Translations under genes and position numbers: made by a program
Shown here: positions 57,689 to 64,000 of the stretch, piece after piece
Layout: each line of letters opens with the position of its first letter
How positions within the stretch are numbered: position 1 is the stretch's first letter
Origin: a virus
IMG/VR virus record: IMGVR_UViG_3300031885_000003
Coordinates: 18,854 to 82,853 of that record
Strand: one strand, 5' to 3'
DNA: 64,000 nt
The notes under the pieces: generated by a model
The model's database searches: none
Seen by the model: the letters and a program-made list of their open reading frames with translations, nothing else
What the model was told of the DNA's origin: nothing

Positions 57689-59100
57689 TGGCTACTACCT
57701 GGAAAGGCATTATTGACTGGCCGGGTGGCGCATCAACGCTAAATGCGGCGATCAACAATACCGTTGAAACTATCGTACTAGCGAGCGATCCCGGCGCGAA
57801 TATGAGCACCACGAATTTCTACGTCCGCATCGGGTTCGAGCAGATCCTTGTGGCAAGCCGGACCACAGTAACGCTCACATGCACGGGTGGGCGAGGGGCG
57901 AATGGGACCAGTGCGGCGGCACACTTGGCGGGTGATACGGTATGCCAGGACTTTTTTGCGGCGCACGTGACGGCCATGCGGACGGCGATCAATAACCTTG
58001 AGGATGGGACTACTCCAGCGGCAAAGGCGACCGCACTCGCAACAACCCGCGCGATCAACGGCGTGAATTTCGACGGCAGTGCGGCGATCACGGTGCCCGT
58101 CAACAACGTCAACGATGTAGCAACGAATGCCTCGTTTTTCCTGCTGTTCACAGCCACTAAAGACGGGAATTATGCGGCGAAAGTTGCAGATAGCAAACTG
58201 TTTTTCAACCCGTCTACCGGCCTACTCACAGCCACGGGTTTCTCTGGTCCGCTAAACGGGACCGTGGGGGCCGTGACGCCGAACACCGTCGCCGGGACCA
58301 CTGGTACATTTTCTGGCGGCGTTAGTTTGGCCGGAACGCTGGCGGCAGCGAACAGCGCAGAGAAAGTAATTAACGGCGACGGTAGCAGCACGACGGGGTG
58401 GACGGCTATTGACGGCGTAGCCAGCCTCGATTCGGGCCATCTAAGGATAACGAAATCCGCATCGGCATCTACGGTGGCGCGGCTTCATCAAGTTGTAAGT
58501 CTTGTAGTAGGGAAACGGTATAAAGTTATTTATACATACGTGGGCAACGGAGGCGGGATTAACCATGCCTCTTTCCACATTGGCAGTCTGCCGTGGAATA
58601 GTGAAGATTATCTTGCAGACTACATTAGTCCCGGCACAGTCACGGCCTATTTTACTGCTATAAGCGCAACGGCATACATAGATATGGACGTGTGGATGGC
58701 AAATGTCGGCGATTCGGGAGGGTACACTGACTGGGACAATATCTCGCTGGTTGAAATGGGCGACGGGGTGTTTTCGGGCAACGTCGTTGCCGGACTCGGC
58801 CTGCACGTCGGCGGCGACAGCAATCCCGGCAATGACAATTTAATTGTGGACGGGGATGTGCTCATCAGCGGTAACGATCTGGACGGTGCAACCGGCACCT
58901 TTAATTTCCTTGCCACGCCAACCACGATTATTGAAGGAGCTTTGTGTGTGGCATGGACTGTAGGTGCCGCTACGGGGGTCGCCACAATCAATAATGCGGC
59001 CGTGAAAATGCCGAACCTGGCAACCTCCAACACGGGTGCGGGCGGCGGCATGTGGGTAGACTCGGGGGCTGATTATGCCGTCAAAATGGGACACGCATAA
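57688..59100 (+). CDS. Tail fibre/RBP with CBM-like module
   Basis: ATALATTRAINGVNFDGSAAIT fibre motif; CBM-like module homologous to the phage A fibre. Confidence 0.8.
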   Translation: MATTWKGIIDWPGGASTLNAAINNTVETIVLASDPGANMSTTNFYVRIGFEQILVASRTTVTLTCTGGRGANGTSAAAHLAGDTVCQDFFAAHVTAMRTAINNLEDGTTPAAKATALATTRAINGVNFDGSAAITVPVNNVNDVATNASFFLLFTATKDGNYAAKVADSKLFFNPSTGLLTATGFSGPLNGTVGAVTPNTVAGTTGTFSGGVSLAGTLAAANSAEKVINGDGSSTTGWTAIDGVASLDSGHLRITKSASASTVARLHQVVSLVVGKRYKVIYTYVGNGGGINHASFHIGSLPWNSEDYLADYISPGTVTAYFTAISATAYIDMDVWMANVGDSGGYTDWDNISLVEMGDGVFSGNVVAGLGLHVGGDSNPGNDNLIVDGDVLISGNDLDGATGTFNFLATPTTIIEGALCVAWTVGAATGVATINNAAVKMPNLATSNTGAGGGMWVDSGADYAVKMGHA

Positions 59101-59112
59101 AAGGACACAATC

Positions 59113-59340
59113 ATGATCGACATGACGGAATTCAAGAAGCTGGAAACCCATGAAGAGCGGCTCGCCTATACCGCTGCACAGGTCGCGGGCTGGCGTGGTA
59201 TCCAACGCGATCTCTACCGGATCGACCAGGCCGAGACGCCCGAAGAAAAGGTGGCGATTGAAGCGAAGATCGCTACTGCGGATGTTCCGAAACCACTCGT
59301 CGAGCCGGAACCGGAAAAGAAAGATCCTAAACCCAAATGA
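59113..59340 (+). CDS. Small fibre-associated protein
   Basis: RBS; directly after the fibre gene. Confidence 0.55.
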   Translation: MIDMTEFKKLETHEERLAYTAAQVAGWRGIQRDLYRIDQAETPEEKVAIEAKIATADVPKPLVEPEPEKKDPKPK

Positions 59341-60977
59341 GGCTCGGCAACAAAACGCTTGGCCACTACCGGCTCGGACAGCCGGACGTCCAGACCGTCA
59401 CTAACTGGCAGGATTATCTGGACGGCTTGGCTACGTACATGGGCGCGGGCCTTACACGGGCCGAGGCAGATGCTATTCTCGGCTCCCCCCGGTATCCGTA
59501 CCAGGGCGGTACGGATGGCGCAACAGCGGTGTTATATCCGTCCCTATCCGATCAGCAATCCGCTGAGACGGTATTGCGTGGCGGGACGGCGGGCTATTAC
59601 CAGATCCGGCTTGATGACTATGGGGTGCTACCCTACTGGCGTTCAGCGACTTGGACACAACGGATCAATGAGCCGGACGTATTGACGTTTGACTATCCTG
59701 CCGCTGCGGATCTGGCGGAATATCTAGTGCGCCCAAACATGCTCAGCCTTTACGATCAGTTTGGCGATCTCCAACAGGTATTTGCATTGACGCCCGTGGT
59801 TCCCGATGTTCAGCGGGACGGCAACGGGATCACGGTGCAAGTCACAGCCAAGGCGCTATTAGCCCAATTGCAAGACGAATATGTTACGACCTTTTGGTCG
59901 CAGAATAGCATCGGCATGATCGTGGCTAATCTGCTTACTCAATTCCAGGAATCAGATCGCGCGTTCAGTATCGGTGAGATCTATGAGGGAATCGCCTACG
60001 CCGGGTTGCAGGTTAGTTTTCAGGGGAAGCCGTTATTGGAATGTCTACAAGAACTTTGGCGGCTATCCGGGCAAAAGGGCCAGTTCACCGTTACGCCATC
60101 GCGGCAATTTGTGTGGAAAGAGCGGCTCGGTTCGGCCAAGGCAATAGACATCAAACTCGGATACAACCTGCGCAGCTTGAAACGGCAGTGCAACCAAGAC
60201 GAAATGGCTACACGCCTATACGTGTACGGGGAAGGGCTGGGCTATGGCCAGCGGCCTGTCGCCATGCGGGAAGCCAATGTTGCTACCTATGGGCTTATCA
60301 TTAAACGGATCACCGTCGAGGGGGCCGATAGCGGGACGGTGGGGGCGTATGCAGATGAACTGATCCTGGTTACGAGCGTACCCCCGTTGGAGTATTCCGT
60401 TTCAGCGGCAGACCTCTATTCGCTCGGGTTAGGCCAGCCGATTACGTTGGGTTGCTTGGCTAACATTGAAGATGCGGATCTCGGCATTATAACCCAGCAG
60501 ACCGTGATCGGTATTACGCGGCGGCTCGACAACCCGCTTGATGCGACGTTTGAGTTTGCGCGGCGGCACAAAGATATGCGCAGCGTTATTGAAACGCTCG
60601 GTCGCCGGATCGGTGCGCAGGAAACGCGGGACCACACGCGAAACGTCAACGCCGCATTGGTATCCGGCTCTATTACGGGCGTACCACGGATTGATCCCGC
60701 AGTGGAGCGGGAAGGCGATCTGCTGGTAAATGCGGAAAGCCGCATAGAACATTACGATGGCGCAAATTGGCAGGTTGGCGCACTGCTCAGCGACGTAACG
60801 GATGCGATCACCACGGCAGAAGACTACACCGACGATGAGATTGGCGAGATCGTAATTCCCGTTGCAGGTACTGGCGTGCTTGCAGTGGGTGCAGCCAACT
60901 CAAGCGGTTCAAGCGCGAATTTTGCGCGGGTGGATCACGTCCACGCGGGCCTGTGGGTGGAGTATACCGGCGCATGA
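59337..60977 (+). CDS. Baseplate hub / Tal-like tail protein
   Basis: LGYNLRSLKR...ATRLYVYGEG, YSVSAADL...LG. Confidence 0.75.
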   Translation: MRLGNKTLGHYRLGQPDVQTVTNWQDYLDGLATYMGAGLTRAEADAILGSPRYPYQGGTDGATAVLYPSLSDQQSAETVLRGGTAGYYQIRLDDYGVLPYWRSATWTQRINEPDVLTFDYPAAADLAEYLVRPNMLSLYDQFGDLQQVFALTPVVPDVQRDGNGITVQVTAKALLAQLQDEYVTTFWSQNSIGMIVANLLTQFQESDRAFSIGEIYEGIAYAGLQVSFQGKPLLECLQELWRLSGQKGQFTVTPSRQFVWKERLGSAKAIDIKLGYNLRSLKRQCNQDEMATRLYVYGEGLGYGQRPVAMREANVATYGLIIKRITVEGADSGTVGAYADELILVTSVPPLEYSVSAADLYSLGLGQPITLGCLANIEDADLGIITQQTVIGITRRLDNPLDATFEFARRHKDMRSVIETLGRRIGAQETRDHTRNVNAALVSGSITGVPRIDPAVEREGDLLVNAESRIEHYDGANWQVGALLSDVTDAITTAEDYTDDEIGEIVIPVAGTGVLAVGAANSSGSSANFARVDHVHAGLWVEYTGA

Positions 60978-62239
60978 CAAACCCATACAAAAGCAACCCT
61001 GCATACGGCAAAGACCTGTGCGAGCTCATGCGGCGGATCAACGTCTTGGCGACCGTTAATGTCGGGGATTATTGGGGGACATACGGGTATAGCTTGAAAT
61101 GGGATCAAGCCGATCCCGGTGGGATTGCCATTGATTCATCGGGATACGTTTATGTATTAGATGGGAGCGGATACACCGTCAGAAAATTTACCGCAACGGG
61201 AACATTCATAACTTCATGGGATACGCTCTATCAACCAACGTCTATTGCCATTGATTCATCAGATTATATTTACGTCGGGGCAGGGAACTATATAAGAAAA
61301 TACAATATTGCTGGAGCACTTCAAACATCTTGGGGTGGCTCAGGCACAGGTAACGGTAAGTTCAACGGCGTTTACGGAATTGTGGTCGGCGGCGGTTACG
61401 TATACGCCTCGGATCAAATAAATAAACGAGTCCAGATTTTTAATACGTCGGGGGTTTATCAGAATCAATTTAGTATCGTGCACAGCGGTGACGGGGTCTA
61501 TGATTATCCCTACGGAATAGCATTAGAGGGCGACTTTCTATTCGTCATTGTTGAGGGCAAAGTCCGCAAGTTTACGACTACCGGGGGATACCTAACAACG
61601 TGGGCCGCAGGGACTGGCGATTGGCATATTTGTAGTTTAGACGGGCTGATCTTTTGCTCTTTCCGGGCCGATGATGTGATAAATAAGTATGATTTAAACG
61701 GTGTGCCGCTTGAAACTATCGGGTCTTCGGGGAGTGGTAACGGACAACTGGATGGCCCATATGGGATCATTGCTATAGCCGATGGTAGCATTTACGTTAC
61801 TGAACAAGACAATGATAGGGTGCAAAAGTTTATCCCCGCCGTGGGATCGACCATTGAGCCATTGATGGCCCCTATCGAGTTCTATGCCTATTCCCCCGCC
61901 ACCAAGGCCAGCATCGGCGACTATCCCGATGACGATGCGCTAATCGCGGTCCAGTTCGTCACGCGCAACCTCACCCAGATGCGCACGGCTATCGCCGCCA
62001 TCCTCGCTCAGGGCTACTACTTAAACCCGGCGACCGGGGAACCATACGTATATTCAGGCATGGTCGAGGACAATCTCTATTATTGCGCTATGGGGGACCG
62101 AACCAAATACGGGGCCACGGGCGGGCCGCGCTTCAGCTGGACACGCACCGAAGCGCAGATGAAAAATACCCCATTGTATGATATTGACATTGGCGAGATT
62201 TACGAGTGCGTAGTCACTCTGGAGAATGCGGATACATGA
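60974..62239 (+). CDS. NHL-repeat beta-propeller tail protein
   Basis: PGGIAIDSSGYVYV, GSGTGNGKFNG, GSGNGQLDGPYGI...YVTEQDNDRVQKF repeats. Confidence 0.85.
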   Translation: MTNPYKSNPAYGKDLCELMRRINVLATVNVGDYWGTYGYSLKWDQADPGGIAIDSSGYVYVLDGSGYTVRKFTATGTFITSWDTLYQPTSIAIDSSDYIYVGAGNYIRKYNIAGALQTSWGGSGTGNGKFNGVYGIVVGGGYVYASDQINKRVQIFNTSGVYQNQFSIVHSGDGVYDYPYGIALEGDFLFVIVEGKVRKFTTTGGYLTTWAAGTGDWHICSLDGLIFCSFRADDVINKYDLNGVPLETIGSSGSGNGQLDGPYGIIAIADGSIYVTEQDNDRVQKFIPAVGSTIEPLMAPIEFYAYSPATKASIGDYPDDDALIAVQFVTRNLTQMRTAIAAILAQGYYLNPATGEPYVYSGMVEDNLYYCAMGDRTKYGATGGPRFSWTRTEAQMKNTPLYDIDIGEIYECVVTLENADT

Positions 62240-62520
62240 CTAATCATTTTTTGGATGTGCTTTTTGGTGCGGCGATTTCAGTTGCATTGGGGATAGGTGG
62301 TTGGCTCTTCAAATGGACCCGGGGTGCGGACACGACGCTGCAAGATCATACAACGAGGCTCTGTTCGATGGAAGATCGACATAACGATTGTGCGGCGAAA
62401 CGCGAGCGAACTGAGGCTGAAATTTGGGATCGGTTCAATAGCAGGATGGACGCGATGACTGCGCAACTTACTGAAATTGCACACAGTATCGGGCGGCTGG
62501 AGGGAAGCGCACAGCGATGA
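62236..62520 (+). CDS. Single-TM coiled-coil lysis-associated protein
   Basis: N-terminal TM helix, ends IGRLEG. Confidence 0.6.
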   Translation: MTNHFLDVLFGAAISVALGIGGWLFKWTRGADTTLQDHTTRLCSMEDRHNDCAAKRERTEAEIWDRFNSRMDAMTAQLTEIAHSIGRLEGSAQR

Positions 62521-63023
62521 GAACGCCCGCCTACTATCGCACATTGTGGGATAGCATCGAGATTTTACCGGACTGGCAGGAGCGCGTAGTCGCCGCCGCC
62601 GCGTTGGTGCGGAAAGGAGCCGTTCGATACTCGGGATTCCCAGCGCCATGGGAGTTCGTCGGCGTGATTCATTTCATGGAATGCGCCTGCAATTTTAATA
62701 GGCAGATCCTGAACGGCGAGCCGTGGAATCTGGAAACCACCTTACACCCCGAGGGTAAAGGCCCGTGGCGCGACTGGCAGCATAGCACGGACGAAGCATT
62801 ACGGCACCGGGCATTGCGCACGTTGGGCGATATCGAGGCGTGGAACGGCATGGGCTATTGCAACCGCGGTATGAACTCACCCTATCTATGGCGTGGATCA
62901 AACCATGGCGAGGGCGTCGGGAAATACATTGCGGATGGGCGTTACGATCCGCACGCAGAATCAAAACAAGTCGGTGCGGCGGTGATCCTGTTCGCGCTCA
63001 ATTGGTGGAAACCCGTGGCATGA
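62517..63023 (+). CDS. Endolysin, lysozyme-like (COG5526-type)
   Basis: PWEFVGVIHFME, EAWNGMGY, NSPYLW, GKYIADGRYDP...KQVG. Confidence 0.8.
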   Translation: MRTPAYYRTLWDSIEILPDWQERVVAAAALVRKGAVRYSGFPAPWEFVGVIHFMECACNFNRQILNGEPWNLETTLHPEGKGPWRDWQHSTDEALRHRALRTLGDIEAWNGMGYCNRGMNSPYLWRGSNHGEGVGKYIADGRYDPHAESKQVGAAVILFALNWWKPVA

Positions 63024-63424
63024 CGCGCTGGCAGATTGTAAAACTTGTGTGGAAAACCTGGCGCAACAAGCGCCGGCTGGAAAAGGAGATTAGGAAAATG
63101 AAACCGTTTTGGCAATCCAAGACTACTCAGAATCAGGCCGGGGTCGCCGTGTTTATCTTGATGATCGTCGGCGTGATTCGCACCATGAAACCCGATCTTG
63201 TGCCCTGGGGACAATCAGATGATGAAAGCTTACTCAACAATATCGTTACGTTAAGCGCAGCCGCGGGCGGGATTTTTGTCTTTCTATCTCGAATCGTTGC
63301 GCGATTGCGCGGGCATACGAGCGGTCTATCCGAAGTTGAACTGGAAGCCGCTAAGGCAGCGGCACAGACAGCTTTTTTGATAGAGATGCACGAAACGGCA
63401 GTAGCAAATCGAAAGGCACCATGA
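63020..63424 (+). CDS. Holin-like protein (possible second start at 63098)
   Basis: KPFWQSKT followed by two TM helices. Confidence 0.6.
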   Translation: MTRWQIVKLVWKTWRNKRRLEKEIRKMKPFWQSKTTQNQAGVAVFILMIVGVIRTMKPDLVPWGQSDDESLLNNIVTLSAAAGGIFVFLSRIVARLRGHTSGLSEVELEAAKAAAQTAFLIEMHETAVANRKAP

Positions 63425-63601
63425 CGTTCGGCCAATCTAAACAACCCGTCGCGCCAGACCCCGCCGCGTTAGGGCGACAGGAGGCCCAGCGCGGGGCCGC
63501 GTTTGACGCGCAGCACGCGCGGGAGCGGGCTAAGGGTATAAACATCAAGTTCCCGCTGCTCGCCCTGTTGAGGCGGCTGCGGCATAAATAGTTTTCCCCA
63601 C

Positions 63602-63677
63602 GTCGCCGGGCCTATCCCTCCCCCGGCGACTTCCTCCCCAGCCCGCTCCGGATAGCCCACCGGGGCGGGCACCTTTT
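63602..63677 (+). terminator. Tandem hairpins/terminator ending the late operon
   Basis: GTCGCCGGG/CCCGGCGAC and GCCCGCTCCGG/CCGGGGCGGGC + CCTTTT. Confidence 0.65.
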
Positions 63678-63767
63678 ACACAAAATCATTCTACGATATC
63701 CCTAATTATTTTGAGGGATAGTACGTAACTCCTTGCAATTAAACGATATACAACGTTAAAAAACTTC

Positions 63768-63796
63768 TTGACATGCGAGGAATTATAGGTTATAAT
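63768..63796 (+). promoter_or_regulatory. Consensus sigma70 early promoter of phage B
   Basis: TTGACA-17nt-TATAAT. Confidence 0.9.
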
Positions 63797-63840
63797 ATAT
63801 GTAGTTGAAGAGAAACAAACGAGGGCGCCCGCGAGGGCAA

Positions 63841-64000
63841 GGAGGGAGATTATGTTCGGAATATACAAGGATAGGAAAAAATCAAAACTATGGTTTTGCA
63901 CGGCTCCTTTTGGGGCTCGGAAATTCGTTACTCGAAAGAAAGCGGCCGCCTTGGCGCGTCAAGTTGGCGGCAAAGTAGAAAAGATCAAATAATCTCATCT
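63841..64000 (+). repeat. Direct repeat copy 2
   Basis: Matches 17548-17707. Confidence 0.95.
63852..63992 (+). CDS. Second copy of the 46-aa early protein
   Basis: Identical to 17559-17699 except G8R. Confidence 0.75.
   Translation: MFGIYKDRKKSKLWFCTAPFGARKFVTRKKAAALARQVGGKVEKIK

Larger units (their letters stand above)
17548..64000 (+). mobile_element. Phage B: temperate siphovirus, ~46.3 kb unit length
   Basis: Complete int/immunity/replication/packaging/head/tail/lysis set between direct repeats 46,293 bp apart. Confidence 0.85.

Noticed and set aside
2080-58855. Diversity-generating retroelement (TR/VR pair) between the two similar fibre segments
   Set aside because: Both copies are coding, the differences are not adenine-specific and include many synonymous changes, and no reverse transcriptase is visible.

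Overview
The window is entirely phage DNA and holds two unrelated sets of virion genes. Phage A (1 to ~15.7 kb, minus strand) is podovirus-like: TerS, lysis/lipoprotein genes, TerL, portal, scaffold, major capsid, adaptor, fibre and a nozzle-like gene that runs off the left edge. A non-coding switch region (~15.7-16.45 kb) is followed by a plus-strand array of tiny early genes, most preceded by repeated hairpin+RBS leaders. Phage B (~17.5-64 kb) is an apparently complete ~46.3 kb temperate siphovirus. It carries a tyrosine integrase with an intact attP (3' half of tRNA-Ala(GGC) flanked by arm repeats), CI/Cro/Xis, a cluster of structured RNAs, a Spo11/Top6A-like protein, initiator+DnaB, a SpoU methylase, RusA, many accessory genes, ParB-like + ABC-ATPase/GNAT, and head, tail and lysis genes. 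Phage B is bracketed by a >=160-bp direct repeat (17548-17707 vs 63841-64000, 1 mismatch) carrying one early-gene cassette, so the window is either a phage-in-phage cointegrate or an assembly chimera of two phages sharing a host. The two phages also share leader motifs and a fibre carbohydrate-binding-like module. The most unusual observations are: the hairpin-RBS cassette system shared by both phages, an apparently split adaptor gene interrupted by a fibre cassette, signal peptides on predicted virion fibres, a perfect 77-bp inverted repeat 16 kb apart, a non-coding structured-RNA cluster, and a three-copy late motif CTTGAC-N6-GGGAACAC. All product names come from by-eye motif and synteny recognition; no searches were run.
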